Below, one piece after another: positions 37,209 through 49,100 of a stretch of DNA of 64,000 nt. This stretch comes from an uncultured Thermoleophilia bacterium. Its GTDB lineage: Bacteria > Actinomycetota > Thermoleophilia > UBA2241. The stretch covers positions 1-64,000 of the forward strand of contig CAVQSP010000015.1 in assembly GCA_963715985.1 (NCBI GenBank), in the 5' to 3' direction. How positions within the stretch are numbered: the first letter of the stretch is position 1; each line of letters begins with the position of its first letter. Both the position numbers and the translations under genes were made by a program. The notes under the pieces were generated by a model, which saw only the letters and a list, made by a program, of their open reading frames with translations, ran no database searches and had not been told where the DNA came from.

Positions 37209-37691
37209 CTATGGCAGCTTCTCCTGGAGCACCGAGACGCCCGCCTCCGCGAGCATCTCGCGCGAGAGCTCGTCCGGGTACCCTTCGAGATAGTGGATCT
37301 CACGCACCCCGCAGTTGATGAGCATCTTGGCGCAGAGGATGCAGGGGTGAAGGGTCGTGTAGAGCGTGGCGCCCTCGATGGCGACGCCGTGCACGGCGGC
37401 CTGGATGATGGCGTTCTGCTCGGCGTGGATGGCGCGGCACAGCTCCTGGCGCTCGCCTGAGGGAATGCCGAGTTGCTCCCGCAGGCAGCCGATGTCGAGA
37501 CAGTGCGCCGTGTCTCTGGGAGCGCCGTTGTAGCCGGTGGCGAGGAGCCGCTTGTCGCGCACGAGCACGGCTCCGACCTGGCGCCGCAGACACGTGGAGC
37601 GGGTCGCCGCCTGCAGGGCCAGCTGCAGGAAGTACTCGTCCCAGGTGGGACGCGGAGGCCTGGCCCCCGCGGTGTCGGCGGACGCCCCCAT
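37209..37691 (-). CDS. Deoxycytidylate deaminase family protein (ComEB-like)
   Basis: [35 protein letters not shown]. Confidence 0.92.
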   Translation of the reverse strand: MGASADTAGARPPRPTWDEYFLQLALQAATRSTCLRRQVGAVLVRDKRLLATGYNGAPRDTAHCLDIGCLREQLGIPSGERQELCRAIHAEQNAIIQAAVHGVAIEGATLYTTLHPCILCAKMLINCGVREIHYLEGYPDELSREMLAEAGVSVLQEKLP

Positions 37692-38959
37692 CACAGGAAC
37701 TCGTAGAGCGGGAAGCGGTCGAGCAGGTCGACCACCTCGCGGCGGATCTCGGCGAGCGCCGCCGCGTTGCCGCGGGAGGAGAGGGCGCGCAGCATGAGCT
37801 CGCCGGTCTGCCTCATCTCGGGCTCCATGAAGCCCCGCGTGCTCACCGCCGGCGAGCCCACGCGCAGCCCGCTGGCCACGTTGAACGACCCCTCCTCGAA
37901 GGGGACCACGTTGCGGTTGGCGGTGATGTTCACGGTCTCGAGGAGCTCCTGGTACTCCAGGCCCGTGAGGCCGGTACCGCGCAGGTCGAGGAGCGCGAGG
38001 TGGACGTCGGTGCCGCCGGAGACGAGGCGCAGACCGCCGTCGGCCAGGGTCTGCGCGAGCACCGCGCAGTTGGCCACGATCTGGCGCTGGAGCTTGTGGA
38101 ACTGATCGCTCTGGGCGATCTTGAGGCAGGCCGCCTTGGCGGCGATGACGTGCATGAGCGGGCCGCCCTGCATGCCCGGGAACACGGCCCGGTCCATGGC
38201 CTCAGCGAGCCCTGCGCGGCACATGATGAGGCCGGCGCGCGGGCCCGTGAGCGTCTTGTGCGTGGTGCTCGTGACGATGTCGCAGTACGGCACCGGGTTG
38301 GGGTGCACGCCGGCGGCGATGAGACCGGCGATGTGCGCGATGTCGGCGAGCAGAAGCGCCCCGCACTCGTCGGCGATGCTGCGGAACGCCTGCCAGTCCA
38401 CGATGCGCGGGTAGGCGCTGTAGCCGCAGATGATGAGCTTGGGCCGGTGCTGCAGCGCCAGGTCCCGGACCTCGTCGAAGTCGATGGTCTCGGTGTCGCG
38501 GCGCACGTGGTACGGCACCACGTCGTAAGTGCGCCCCGAGTAGTTGATGTTCATGCCGTGAGTCAGGTGGCCGCCGTGAGTGAGCGCCAGGGCCATGAGT
38601 GTGTCGCCGGGCTCAAGCACGGCGAACAGGGCTGCCAGGTTGGCCGACGAGCCCGAGTGCGGCTGCACGTTGACGTGCTCGGCGCCGAACAAGGCCTTGC
38701 AGCGGTCGATGGCGAGCTGCTCCACGCGGTCCACGATGTCGCAGCCGCCGTAGTAGCGCGCCCCGGGGACGCCCTCCGCGTACTTGTTGGTGAGCACCGA
38801 GCCGGTGGCCTCGAGCACCGCACGGCTGGCGAAGTTCTCGCTGGCGATGAGCTCGAGCGTCTCCTGCTGGCGGATGAGCTCGAGCCGCAGGAGCTCGTTG
38901 AGCTCCGGGTCGAGGTGATAGAGCGGCTCGCGGCGCCACTCGCGGCCGACAGGACTCAC
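37691..38959 (-). CDS. glyA: Serine hydroxymethyltransferase
   Basis: [41 protein letters not shown]. Confidence 0.97.
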   Translation of the reverse strand: MSPVGREWRREPLYHLDPELNELLRLELIRQQETLELIASENFASRAVLEATGSVLTNKYAEGVPGARYYGGCDIVDRVEQLAIDRCKALFGAEHVNVQPHSGSSANLAALFAVLEPGDTLMALALTHGGHLTHGMNINYSGRTYDVVPYHVRRDTETIDFDEVRDLALQHRPKLIICGYSAYPRIVDWQAFRSIADECGALLLADIAHIAGLIAAGVHPNPVPYCDIVTSTTHKTLTGPRAGLIMCRAGLAEAMDRAVFPGMQGGPLMHVIAAKAACLKIAQSDQFHKLQRQIVANCAVLAQTLADGGLRLVSGGTDVHLALLDLRGTGLTGLEYQELLETVNITANRNVVPFEEGSFNVASGLRVGSPAVSTRGFMEPEMRQTGELMLRALSSRGNAAALAEIRREVVDLLDRFPLYEFL

Positions 38960-39402
38960 GACCCTGCTTCTTCCAGATCGATGTGCTCCACGCGGCGCTC
39001 GTGGCGACCGCCCTCGAAGGGCGTGGCCAGCCACACTTCGGTGATCGCCCAGGCCTCGTCCTCGCTGAGGATGCGGCCGCCCATGCAGAGCACGTTGGCG
39101 TCGTTGTGACGGCGCGCCATCTCGGCCAGATACGGCGTGAAGCAGTCCGCCGCCCGCACCCCTGCGTGGCGGTTGGCCGTCATGCAGATGCCGAGTCCGG
39201 TGCCGCATGCCAGGATGCCGCGCTCGACCTCGCCGGAGGCGACCATGGCCGCCACCTTGTGGCCGTAGTCGGGGTAGTCGACGGAGGCCTCGCCCGAGTC
39301 CGTGCCGACGTCGATGACCTCATGGCCCTGGGAGCGCAGGCGGCGCACCACGGCCTGTTTCAGGGCGTAGCCCCCATGGTCGGCACCAGCGGCGATCTTC
39401 AC
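38956..39402 (-). CDS. rpiB: Ribose-5-phosphate isomerase B
   Basis: ADHGG, VDYPD, CGTGLG, RRHNDANVL, FEGGRHERR. Confidence 0.96.
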   Translation of the reverse strand: MKIAAGADHGGYALKQAVVRRLRSQGHEVIDVGTDSGEASVDYPDYGHKVAAMVASGEVERGILACGTGLGICMTANRHAGVRAADCFTPYLAEMARRHNDANVLCMGGRILSEDEAWAITEVWLATPFEGGRHERRVEHIDLEEAGS

Positions 39403-39504
39403 GGTCTGTTCCTTTCGCTCGGTGGCGGCTGACACGGTGGTCGCGCGGGCCGGCGGTGCGGCGCCGCGGCCCGTTCTCAAGCCGCACAGTCTATCAGGAC
39501 GGCG

Positions 39505-40215
39505 TCACGGCACGGCGGCGCCCAGCGGCGGACCCTGCAACAGCGCGCTCACCGCGTCCTCGCCGGCGCCGCCCCCGCGCAGGATCCGCCACGTGCCCTC
39601 CTCCTCGAACACGCTGAGGTCGAGCACGGTGGATGCCTCCCCGTGCACTGGGCCGGCATCCAGGGCGAGGTCGCAGGCGGCCAGCAGGCGCGGGTCCACG
39701 TCGTCAAGGCTGCCGGGAGCCGCCTCGCCGCTGAGGTTGGCGCTGGACGCGAGCAGCGGGAACGGAAGGCCCGCGAGTACGTGCGCGGCGTCCGGCCACT
39801 GCGGCACGCGCACGCCGATCGTCTTCACGATGCGCGTGCGCACGCCGAAGGTGCCCTGCGTGCGGTGCGGTACCTCTCCAGGCGGCGGGAAGGCGAGGCC
39901 GGCCGGATGCGGGAGCAGCAGCGTGAACGGACCCGGGAGCAGGCGCCTCACTGCCTCGCGCAGTCGCGGCGCGAGCGCGAGGCTCGCCTCCAGCAGCTCC
40001 AGGCTCGGGTACACGACCTGCAGCGGCTTGCCGGCCTCACGCCCTTTGGCGGCGACGACTCCCTGCGCCACGAGCGGAGCCAGGATACCGCCCACCCCGT
40101 ACACCGTGTCGGTCGGGAAGCACACGAGGCGGGACGCGGCGATGTCGCCCGCCAGTCGGGCCGCGGCGGGCCCGCCGCTCAGCGACCGCAGGTCGATGCG
40201 GCGCGGGCCGCTCAC
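39505..40215 (-). CDS. tsaC: L-threonylcarbamoyladenylate synthase (Sua5/YrdC/TsaC)
   Basis: [36 protein letters not shown]. Confidence 0.9.
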   Translation of the reverse strand: MSGPRRIDLRSLSGGPAAARLAGDIAASRLVCFPTDTVYGVGGILAPLVAQGVVAAKGREAGKPLQVVYPSLELLEASLALAPRLREAVRRLLPGPFTLLLPHPAGLAFPPPGEVPHRTQGTFGVRTRIVKTIGVRVPQWPDAAHVLAGLPFPLLASSANLSGEAAPGSLDDVDPRLLAACDLALDAGPVHGEASTVLDLSVFEEEGTWRILRGGGAGEDAVSALLQGPPLGAAVP

Positions 40216-41012
40216 GCGCCCTCTGCGGGGACCGCCCGGCGCACGGGGATGCCGCGCTCCGCCAGGTACTGTTTGGTCTCGGCGATAGAGTGCGTGCCGA
40301 AGTGGAAGATGCTGGCCGCGAGCACCGCGTCGGCCTCGCCCAGGGTGAGCCCGTCGGCGAGGTGCCTCAGGGTGCCCACGCCGCCCGAGGCGATGACGGG
40401 CACGTCCACGGCGCGGGCCACGGCACGCGTGAGCTCGAGGTCGTACCCGTCCAGCGTGCCGTCGCGGTCCATGCTGGTGAGCATGAACTCGCCGGCTCCG
40501 AGTTCGGCGGCACGCACTGCCCAGGCCAGCGCATCCAAGCCGGTCGGCGTGCGGCCGCCGTGCACGTACACCTCCCAGTGCGCCGGGCGGCCTTCCTCCC
40601 CGCTCCCCGCCACACGCTTGGCGTCCACGGCGACCACGATGCACTGCGCCCCGAAGCGCTCGGCGCAGCGCCGCACCAGCTCAGGGTCCTCCACCGCGGC
40701 GGTGTTCATCGTGACCTTGTCGGCGCCGGCCGCGAGGATCATGCGCACATCGTCCTCGCTGGAGAGGCCGCCGCCGATAGTGAAGGGTATGAAGACCTGC
40801 TCGGCGCAGCGCGCCGCCAGCCCGGCGATGATGTCGCGGCGCTCGTGTGAGGCCGTGATATCCAGGAAGACGAGCTCGTCGGCGCCTTCGGCGTCGTAGC
40901 GCGCCGCCAGCTCCACCGGGTCCCCGGCGTCGCGCAAGCCGACGAAGTTGACGCCCTTGACCACCCGCCCGTCGCGCACGTCCAGGCACGGGATGACGCG
41001 CTTCATGTGCAC
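40212..41012 (-). CDS. hisF: Imidazole glycerol phosphate synthase cyclase subunit
   Basis: [48 protein letters not shown]. Confidence 0.97.
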   Translation of the reverse strand: MHMKRVIPCLDVRDGRVVKGVNFVGLRDAGDPVELAARYDAEGADELVFLDITASHERRDIIAGLAARCAEQVFIPFTIGGGLSSEDDVRMILAAGADKVTMNTAAVEDPELVRRCAERFGAQCIVVAVDAKRVAGSGEEGRPAHWEVYVHGGRTPTGLDALAWAVRAAELGAGEFMLTSMDRDGTLDGYDLELTRAVARAVDVPVIASGGVGTLRHLADGLTLGEADAVLAASIFHFGTHSIAETKQYLAERGIPVRRAVPAEGA

Positions 41013-41024
41013 GGCGGCGCCTCG

Positions 41025-41756
41025 CTAGACCTGGGCGGCCACGGCGGCCTGCGCCGCGGCCAGCGAGAAGGCGTCCTCGTACAGCGCACGGCCCACGATG
41101 ACGCCGACCACGGTCGGCAGGGCGAGCCTGCGCAGGCGGCGCAAGTCGTCGAGCAGCGCGATGCCGCCGGAGAGCACGATCTCCAGCGACGTGGTCTCCG
41201 CAAGGTCGCGAAGGCCGATAAGGTTGGGCCCGCCCAGCATGCCGTCGCGGGCCGTGTCCGTGTACACCACGCGCTTGACGTCGTGCTCCACCAGGATCCT
41301 GGCGAACTTCACTGAGCTCATCTGCGAGCGCTGCTGCCAGCCGTGCGTGGCCACCATGCCGTCGCTGCAGTCCAGGCCGACGACGAGGCGCTCGCCCAGC
41401 CACGCGACGGCGTCGTCCAGGAGGTCCAGCGCCGTGACCGCGGCCGTGCCCATCACCACCCAGCGCACGCCGATGCCGGCGATCAGGGCCAGGCTGGTGG
41501 GCGTGCGGATGCCGCCCCCATACTGCACGGGGATGTCCAGGGCCTTGACGATGCGCTCCACGATGGTGAAGTTGGCCAGCTCACCAGCGCGCGCCGCGTC
41601 CAGGTCCACGACGTGGAGAGCCTCCGCGCCCTGGGCCTCCCACATGCGCGCCAGCTCGACGGGGTCGTCACCGAAGACGGTGACATCCTCGAAGTCGCCG
41701 CGGCGCAGCCGCACGGCCTTGCCGCCTTGTATGTCGACGGCCGGGAAGACGATCAC
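41025..41756 (-). CDS. hisA: ProFAR isomerase
   Basis: PAVDIQGGKAVRL..G, LHVVDLD, GGGIR, TD..RDGML.GPN. Confidence 0.95.
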   Translation of the reverse strand: MIVFPAVDIQGGKAVRLRRGDFEDVTVFGDDPVELARMWEAQGAEALHVVDLDAARAGELANFTIVERIVKALDIPVQYGGGIRTPTSLALIAGIGVRWVVMGTAAVTALDLLDDAVAWLGERLVVGLDCSDGMVATHGWQQRSQMSSVKFARILVEHDVKRVVYTDTARDGMLGGPNLIGLRDLAETTSLEIVLSGGIALLDDLRRLRRLALPTVVGVIVGRALYEDAFSLAAAQAAVAAQV

Positions 41757-42397
41757 GGGCGGGCCTCCTGCCGGACGAGGTTCACGAAGGTCGCGAGCAG
41801 TGCCAGACCCACGCTCGAGCTCTTCTCGGGGTGGAACTGCACAGCCCATACATTATCCCTCGCCACGGCCGCCGCCACGCGACCCCCGTAGTCTGTCCAG
41901 GCGGCCACGACGGCCTCGTCGGCCGGCACCGCCGCGTACGAGTGCACGAAGTAGACGGCGGCCGGGTCGGGCAGACCGCGTGCCATGCCCGACCCGGCCG
42001 CCGTCCACTCGAGCTCGTTCCAGCCTATGTGCGGCACCTTGAGGCCGGTCTGCAGCCGCTCCACCGTGCCGGCGAAGACGCCGAGGCCGGGCCAGCGCCC
42101 GCCCTCGCCGCTGCTCTCGAAGAGAAGCTGCAGTCCGAGGCACACGCCCAGGAACGGGGTACCGGCGGCGATGCGCTCGAGCACGGCCTCGGCGAGGCCG
42201 CTCTGCTCGAGCCGCGCCGCCGCGTCCCTGAAAGCGCCCACACCTGGCAGCACGACGGCCGCCGCCTCGCGGACCTGCGCCGGGCCGTCGCAGACGCGGG
42301 CGTCGGCGCCGCTGCGCTCGAGCGCCTTGACCACGCTGGCGAGGTTACCCATGCCGTAGTCAACCACGGCCACGCGCGGGGGTGCCGCGGTCGTCAT
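41753..42397 (-). CDS. hisH: Imidazole glycerol phosphate synthase glutaminase subunit
   Basis: DYGMGNL, LPGVGAF, GVCLG, VPHIGWN, YFVHSY, QFHPEKS. Confidence 0.96.
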   Translation of the reverse strand: MTTAAPPRVAVVDYGMGNLASVVKALERSGADARVCDGPAQVREAAAVVLPGVGAFRDAAARLEQSGLAEAVLERIAAGTPFLGVCLGLQLLFESSGEGGRWPGLGVFAGTVERLQTGLKVPHIGWNELEWTAAGSGMARGLPDPAAVYFVHSYAAVPADEAVVAAWTDYGGRVAAAVARDNVWAVQFHPEKSSSVGLALLATFVNLVRQEARP

Positions 42398-42402
42398 CGG
42401 CG

Positions 42403-42993
42403 TCAGAGCGAGCCCTTGGTGGACGGCACCGCGTCGCCGCGGCCGTGGCGCTCGGCTGCCTGGGCCAGGGCTCTGGCCACGGCCTTGAAGACGGCCTCGA
42501 CGATATGGTGGGCGTTGCTGCCCGCGAGCAGGCGCACGTGCAGCGTGATGCCGGCTTCGAATGCAAGCGACTGGAAGAAGTGGGAGGCCAGCTCCCCGTC
42601 GAACTCGCCGATGCGCACCCCCGAGAGCCGGAGGTCGTCAACGTAGAACGGCCGCCCGGAGAGGTCCAGCGCCACCATCGTGAGCGCTTCGTCCATGGGC
42701 AGGATCACCGAGCCGTAGCGGCGCACGCCGCGCTTGTCCCCCAGCGCCTCCTTGAGGGCCTGGCCGAGCGCGAGGCTCACGTCTTCAACCGTGTGGTGGG
42801 CGTCCACGTCCAGGTCGCCCTTGGCCGTCACCTCGAGATCGAAGCCGCCGTGGTGGGCGAACAGTGTGAGCATGTGGTCGAAGAAGCCGATGCCGGTCTC
42901 GGCCTTGACGGCGCCGGTGCCGTCAAGCACCAGGCTGACGGCGATGTCGGTCTCTCCGGTGGTGCGTCGCACCTCGGCGTGACGGGCGTCCAT
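42403..42993 (-). CDS. hisB: Imidazoleglycerol-phosphate dehydratase
   Basis: FFDHML, DAHHTVED, PMDEAL, NAHHIVEAVFKA, PSTKG. Confidence 0.97.
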   Translation of the reverse strand: MDARHAEVRRTTGETDIAVSLVLDGTGAVKAETGIGFFDHMLTLFAHHGGFDLEVTAKGDLDVDAHHTVEDVSLALGQALKEALGDKRGVRRYGSVILPMDEALTMVALDLSGRPFYVDDLRLSGVRIGEFDGELASHFFQSLAFEAGITLHVRLLAGSNAHHIVEAVFKAVARALAQAAERHGRGDAVPSTKGSL

Positions 42994-43003
42994 GCGGGTC
43001 TCC

Positions 43004-44263
43004 TCAGGTTGCGCGGAGCCGGGCGGAGCGCGCGTGGGCGCGCAGGCCCTCTTCGTCGGCGATGGCGGCCACGTGCGGCGCCAGGGCAGCCGCCGCCGTG
43101 CGGTCGAGTTGTACCACGGCCATCCGCTTCTGGAAATGCGTGACCGAGAGACCCTGGGCGAAGCGCGCGGAGCCGCCGGTGGGCAGCACGTGGTTGCTGC
43201 CGGCGGCGTAGTCGGCGAAAGCCGTTGCGGCGCAGGCGCCCACGAAGACGGCGCCGGCGTTGCGCACGCGCGGCACGAGCCCGCCGGCGTCGCGCACGTG
43301 CAGCTCCAGGTGCTCCGGCGCGAAGGCGTTGCACAGCTGCAGCGCGGCCTCACGGTCCGGGCAGGCGACGAGCGCCACGTTGGCGTGATCCACGCCCAGC
43401 TCCGCGGCGAGCGCCTCCACAGCGGCGTGCACGGCGTCCATGCGGGTACCGCCGATATCGGCGAGACAGGCCATGGCGCCGGCGCCGTGCTCGGCCTGCG
43501 CCAGGAGGTCGGCGGCAAGCCACTCGGGGTCCGCGCTGTCGTCGGCGATCACCAGCACTTCGCTGGGCCCGGCGAGGCCGTCGATGGCCACGGTGCCCAT
43601 CACCTGGCGCTTGGCCTCGGTGACGAAGGCGTTGCCCGGGCCCACGATGACATCGCACCGCGGCATCCGCTCCGTGCCGAAGGCCATGGCTGCCACCGCC
43701 TGGGCGCCGCCGATGGGGAACAGGTCGTCCACGCCGAGCAGAGCGCAGGCGGCGGCCACGCCTTCGGCCGCGCCGCCTCCCCTTCTCGGCGGGGAGCACA
43801 CCACGACGCGTCCGACCCCGGCCACCTGGGCCGGGATCACGGTCATGAGCACTGAAGACGGGTAGTTGGCGAGGCCACCGGGCACATAGAGGCCGGCCAC
43901 GGCCAGCGGAACGATGTCCTGGCCCACGACCTGGCCCTGCGGCAGCGTCTCGCGCCAGGCCTGGGGCGCCTCCCGCTCGTGGTAGCGGCGCACGTTGGCG
44001 GCCGCGACCTCCAGCGCCGTGCGGAGCCCCGGGGACTGGGCCGCGAGCGCGGCGCGCAGGCGGGCAGGCGGCTCTGCGTACTCGGCCGGCAGTTCCACGC
44101 CGTCCAGGCGCAGCGTGTGCTCGCGCACGGCCGCGTCCCCTCGTTCGCGCACGTCGGCCAGGATGGCCGTGACGACCGCCGTCACGGCGGCGGCGGGCGG
44201 CGCGAACCCGCGCAGCGCCGCCACCACGGCGGTCGCGTCACCGGTCCAGGAGAGCTCGTTCAC
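43004..44263 (-). CDS. hisD: Histidinol dehydrogenase
   Basis: GLYVPGG, GGAQA, GPGNAFV, AGPSEV, QAEH, APEHL, NHVLPT. Confidence 0.95.
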   Translation of the reverse strand: MNELSWTGDATAVVAALRGFAPPAAAVTAVVTAILADVRERGDAAVREHTLRLDGVELPAEYAEPPARLRAALAAQSPGLRTALEVAAANVRRYHEREAPQAWRETLPQGQVVGQDIVPLAVAGLYVPGGLANYPSSVLMTVIPAQVAGVGRVVVCSPPRRGGGAAEGVAAACALLGVDDLFPIGGAQAVAAMAFGTERMPRCDVIVGPGNAFVTEAKRQVMGTVAIDGLAGPSEVLVIADDSADPEWLAADLLAQAEHGAGAMACLADIGGTRMDAVHAAVEALAAELGVDHANVALVACPDREAALQLCNAFAPEHLELHVRDAGGLVPRVRNAGAVFVGACAATAFADYAAGSNHVLPTGGSARFAQGLSVTHFQKRMAVVQLDRTAAAALAPHVAAIADEEGLRAHARSARLRAT

Positions 44264-44916
44264 GGTGCGACCGCCGAGGCACGCAGACGCTCCACGATGT
44301 CTTCGAGAGCCGCCCCGGAGAGTGTGCGGGCGGCCCGCCCGCACACCAGCCGGGCGCTGCCGTCCGCCACGACCGCGCGCTCTTCGAGCGCGGCGCCCAC
44401 CGTCCCGAGGAGCCTGCTGCGCAGCTCGACGACGCCGACGGCGAGACCGAGGCCGACGGCGAGCGCCGGTGCCTCGAACTCGAGCAGCTCCACCTGGAGG
44501 CCGGCCGCGTCGAAGTAGCCGCGCGCAACGCGCGGGTAGCGTGTGGCAACGCGCGTGCGCGAGGGGCGTTTGCCGGTTCCGGGCACGCCCGTCACGGCGT
44601 GGACCACCGCATCGCCGGGCACGCCGAGGTCGAGCAGCTCGTGCACCTCCGCGTCGCTCTCGAGCAGCACGTCCTTGCCGACGATGCCGGCGTCCAGGGC
44701 ACCGCGTTCGCAGGCCGCGAGCACGTCCCCGGCGCCGGCGAGCAACCAGCTGCGCACCGCAGTCGAGGGTGCTGACGCGTCCGGGGAGCCGGCCGCCGGC
44801 AGCAGGGTCGGCGGCGCGGCGCCGTCGAGCTCCCCCGCGAGCAGCCCGGCGGCGCGTAGGACACCGAGGACCTCCGTCGGCAGCCGGCCGTCAGCGCAGG
44901 AGATCCCGAGTCTCAT
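44260..44916 (-). CDS. hisG: Short-form ATP phosphoribosyltransferase homolog with eroded PRPP-binding signature
   Basis: GRL, GIVGKDVLLE, LLDLG, RVATRYP and SARL are retained; position between hisZ and hisD; the GSVE..GLAD.IVD.V.TG.TL signature is not recognisable. Confidence 0.75.
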   Translation of the reverse strand: MRLGISCADGRLPTEVLGVLRAAGLLAGELDGAAPPTLLPAAGSPDASAPSTAVRSWLLAGAGDVLAACERGALDAGIVGKDVLLESDAEVHELLDLGVPGDAVVHAVTGVPGTGKRPSRTRVATRYPRVARGYFDAAGLQVELLEFEAPALAVGLGLAVGVVELRSRLLGTVGAALEERAVVADGSARLVCGRAARTLSGAALEDIVERLRASAVAP

Positions 44917-46109
44917 TCCAAGCCCAGAGCGCGCCGCACGTCGCGCCAGCCGCCGGAGCTGGCGGCGCCGTCGGCCGCTTCGAGTGTGTAGCGGCCGCCC
45001 TCGCGCCGCAGCCAGGGGCGCGGCGCCGGCACGCCCTCGGGCAGCGCCGCCACGGCCAATCCGGCGCGGCGCAGCTCCGCCGCCCGCGCCGGCTCCTCCA
45101 GTCCGCCGGAGAACGACAGGCAGGGCGGCGCGGCCACGGCCGGCACGCCTGCCTCGGCCATGGCGTCCAACAGGCGGTCCAGGGCGAGGGCGAAGCCCGC
45201 GGCGGGGATGTCCCAGTCGAAGCGCTCCAGCAGGCCGTCGTAGCGGCCGCCGGTGGCGAGCGGCAGGCCCACCCCCGGGGCGTAGGCCTCGAAGATCACG
45301 CCGCTGTAGTACGTGAGCGTCGGGTAGAGGCCGAAGTCGAAGGCCACGACGTCCTCGAAGCCGGCCTCCTCCACATGCTCGCGCACCTCGACGAGGTGGC
45401 GGATGGCGTCGTCCATGGCCTGGGTGCTGGCCAGCTTGCGCGCTTGCGCGAGGCCGTCACGCGAGCCGCTGAGCTCGAGCACGCGCCACACCACCTTGAG
45501 GGCGGCCGCGTCCACCTCCGCGTTGCCGGCGATGCTCTCCAGCAGCGGGTAGTCGCGTTCGGCGAGGGCCTCCAGGAATTTGTCCCTGTCCTCGTCGTCG
45601 AGACCGAGGGAGTCCACGAGGGCGCCGTAGAACGACACCGAGCCCAGGGCGATGCGGTAGTCGCGCAGCCCGGCCGCCGTGAGGCAGTCGCAGAGCAGCG
45701 TCACGCACTCGGCGTCGGCCGCAGCCGAGGCCACCCCCAGCAGCTCGGCCCCCGCCTGCACGAACTCGCCGTCCTGGCTGCGCTGGGGCGCCCACGGGCG
45801 GATGGACGGCGCTACGTAGCAGAAGCGCAGCGGCAGCGGCCTGTCGTTGTACCGCGCCGCCGCCAGCCGGGCCACGGGCACCGTCATGTCCGTGCGCGAC
45901 ATGAGCTCGTGCCCCTGCTGGTCGTGCAGGCGGTAGCCGCCGGCGATGGTGTCGTCGTGGGCCGCTTCGAAGGTCTCGGCGAACTCGAGCCAGGGGGTGA
46001 CGACCTCGCCGTAGCCGTAGGCGGCGAACCGCGCCCGCAGAAGGGCCTCCACGGCCCGTTGCTCGCCCGTCTCGGGCGGCACCACGTCGCGCATGCCCTC
46101 AGGGATCAT
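44913..46109 (-). CDS. hisZ: ATP phosphoribosyltransferase regulatory subunit
   Basis: IPEGMRD, RTDMTVPVAR, EFVQAGAEL, YYSG..FE, GGRYD.L. Confidence 0.92.
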   Translation of the reverse strand: MIPEGMRDVVPPETGEQRAVEALLRARFAAYGYGEVVTPWLEFAETFEAAHDDTIAGGYRLHDQQGHELMSRTDMTVPVARLAAARYNDRPLPLRFCYVAPSIRPWAPQRSQDGEFVQAGAELLGVASAAADAECVTLLCDCLTAAGLRDYRIALGSVSFYGALVDSLGLDDEDRDKFLEALAERDYPLLESIAGNAEVDAAALKVVWRVLELSGSRDGLAQARKLASTQAMDDAIRHLVEVREHVEEAGFEDVVAFDFGLYPTLTYYSGVIFEAYAPGVGLPLATGGRYDGLLERFDWDIPAAGFALALDRLLDAMAEAGVPAVAAPPCLSFSGGLEEPARAAELRRAGLAVAALPEGVPAPRPWLRREGGRYTLEAADGAASSGGWRDVRRALGLE

Positions 46110-46140
46110 GGCCACCGGTCTCCCTCTCCTCCCGCCGGTC

Positions 46141-49100
46141 TCAGCCGGCGCCGACGCAGCTCTCGCCGAGCAGCGCCTTGAGCTCCGCGTACAGTCCGGC
46201 CACGGGATCGACACGCAGCGCGTCCCCGACCCGCAGCTTGGCACAATCCTGACCGCGCACCATCTCCAGCACCACGGGCACGCTCCCGGGGAAGTCCGCA
46301 AGGACGCCCTTGAGCTCGTCGAGCACCGAGGGGCGGAGCCTGTCGGCGTCGATGGTCACCGTGAGTGGGCGGTACTCGCTGACGCCGCTGAAGGGCACCA
46401 CCTCGATGGCGATGAGCGTGGTCTCGCTCTCCGACTTGCGTTCCACGCGACCTCTGACCTTGACGATGGAGTCCTCGACGAGCAGGTCCCTGTACTGATC
46501 GTAGGTGGCGGGCCACGCCCTGCACTCCACGCCGCCGTCCACGTCCTCGAGACGGAAGGCGAGCCACACGCCGCCGTTCCTGCTCACCTTCTTCTGCGCG
46601 TTGGCGACGATGCCGCCCGTCCACACCGCGCTGCCGTCCACGGCGTCGTCCAGGGAGCTTGCCGAGACCTCGATCTCCTCGCGCAGCTGCTCGCGCAGGT
46701 CCTGCAGGGGGTGCGCCGAGACGTACAGGCCCAGGGCCTCCTTCTCGCCGCGCAGCAGTGTGGCCTGGTCGAACTCGCGCTGCGGCACCTGCGGCGCCTG
46801 CGCCCCGCTCTCCTCCGCGGCCACGAGGTCGAAGAGGCCGCCCTGCCCCTGCGCCTTGTCCTTGCGGCGGCGCTCGCCGTCGGCCATCGCCGTGGGCAGC
46901 GCCTCCAGCATGCCGCGGCGCGGGTCGCCGCTGCTGTCGAAGGCGCCGGCGCGGATGAGCGCCTCGAGCACGCGCTTGTTGGCCTGCGCCGAGTCCACGC
47001 GCGCGCAGAAGTCGTAGATGGACGTGAAGCGCCCGCCCTCCTCGCGCGCCGCGATGATGGCCTCGATGGCGCCCACGCCGACGCCCTTGACGGCGTTCAT
47101 GCCGAAGCGGATCTTGCCCTCCACCACGGTGAAGCCGACGACGCTCTCGTTGACGTCCGGAGGCAGCACCTCGATGCCCATCTCGTGGCACTGGTTCACG
47201 TAGAACGGCACCTTGTCTTTGGTGTTCATCACGCTGCTGACCAGCGCCGCCATGTACTCCACCGGGTAGTTGGCCTTCAGCCAGGCGGTGCGGTAGCTGA
47301 TCATGGCGTAGCAGGCGGCGTGGCTCTTGTTGAACGAGTAGTCGCCGGTCGCCTCGAAGTTGGCCCAGAGCTTGTGGCTCACGGCGGGCGGCACGCCGCT
47401 GGCCGCGAGCCCCTGCATGAGCGGCTCCTTGAGGGTGGCCATCAGCTTGCGGTCCTTCTTGCTGATGGCCTTGCGCAGGTCGTCCGCCTGGGCCGGCGTG
47501 AAGCCGCCGACCCGGCGGGCGATGGCCATGTACTGCTCCTGGTAGATAGTCACGCCGTGCGTGGGCTCCAGGATGGGGCGCAGGGCCTCGTGGTCGTAGA
47601 CGACCGAGGCCGGGTCCTTCTTGTTGCGCGCGTAGGTGGGGATGTATTGCATCGGCCCCGGGCGGTAGAGCGCCACGATGGCGATGAGGTCCTCGAACTG
47701 CGTGGGGCGCACGTCGCGCATGGCCTCGCGCATGCCCGGGCTCTCGAACTGGAACACGCCGGTGGAGTCGCCGCGCGCCAGCATCTGGTACGTCTTCTCG
47801 TCGTCCAGCGGCAACTGGTCGATCTCGATGCAGACGCCGCGCGTGTGCTCGATGATGTCCAGGGCCGCCTCGATGACGTCCAGGTTGCGCAGCCCGAGGA
47901 AGTCCATCTTGAGCAAGCCGAGCTTGGCGACGTCGTTCATGTCGAACTGCGTGACGAGCTCGGCGTCGCCCTTCTGCTGCAACGGCAGGTACTCGGTGAG
48001 CGGCTTGTCGCTGATCACCACGGCAGCGGCGTGGATGGAGTCGTTGCGGATGAGGCCCTCGAGGCTCATCGCCAGGTCGACGACCTCCTTGACCTCCTCG
48101 TCGGCGTCGTAGGCCTGCTTGAGCTCGCCGCCCGGCAGCATGGCCTGGCTGAACGTGGCCGGCGGGGCCTGCTCGGGGATCATCTTGGCGATCTTGTCGC
48201 CCACGGCGTACGGCTTGCCCATGACGCGCGCCGCGTCGCGCACGGCGGCGCGCGCGGCCATGGTGCCGAAGGTGATGATCTGCGCCACGTGGTCGCGCCC
48301 GTACTTCTCGGCCACGTAGTCGATGACTTCTTCGCGGCGCTCCACGCTGAAGTCCATGTCGATGTCGGGCATGCTCTTGCGCCCCGGGTTGAGGAAGCGC
48401 TCGAAGAGCAGGTCGTACTTGAGGGGGTCGATGTCGGTGATGCCCAGCGCGTAGCTGACGATGGAGCCCGCCGCCGAGCCGCGGCCGGGGCCGACGGCGA
48501 TGCCGTTGTCCTTGGCGAACTTGACGTAGTCCCAGACGATGAGGAAGTAGGCGTCGAACCCCATGTCGCCGATGACGCCGAGCTCGAAGTCGAGGCGCTC
48601 GCGGACCTCCGGCGCCATGTCGGTGCCGTACCGCCGCAGGAGGCCTTTCTCGCAGAGCTGCCGCAGATAGGAGCCCTCGGTGATGCCGTCCGGGACGGGG
48701 TACGACGGCAGCAGGTAGGTGCCGAAGTCCAGGCTGACGTCGCAGCGCGAGGCGATCTCCACCGTGGCCTCGCAGGCCCCCGGATAGTCCTTGAAGCGCT
48801 CGTACATCTCCGCGCCCGACTTGAGGTAGAACTCGTCGCTGCCGTAGCGCATACGGTTCTCGTCCTCGAGGTTGCTCTGCGTCTGGATGCAAAGCAGGGC
48901 GTCGTGCGCGTAGGAGTCCTCGTGGCGCAGGTAATGCACATCGTTGGTGGCCACGGTGCGCAGGCCGGCCGTCTGCGCGAGCTGCCACAGCCTGGGCAGC
49001 AGCTCGCGCTGCTCCGGCAGGCCGGCGTCCTGCAGCTCGACGAAGACGTTCTCAGGGCCGAGCAGGTCCGCGAGGCGGCGGAGCTCGGCCAGGGCGCCCG

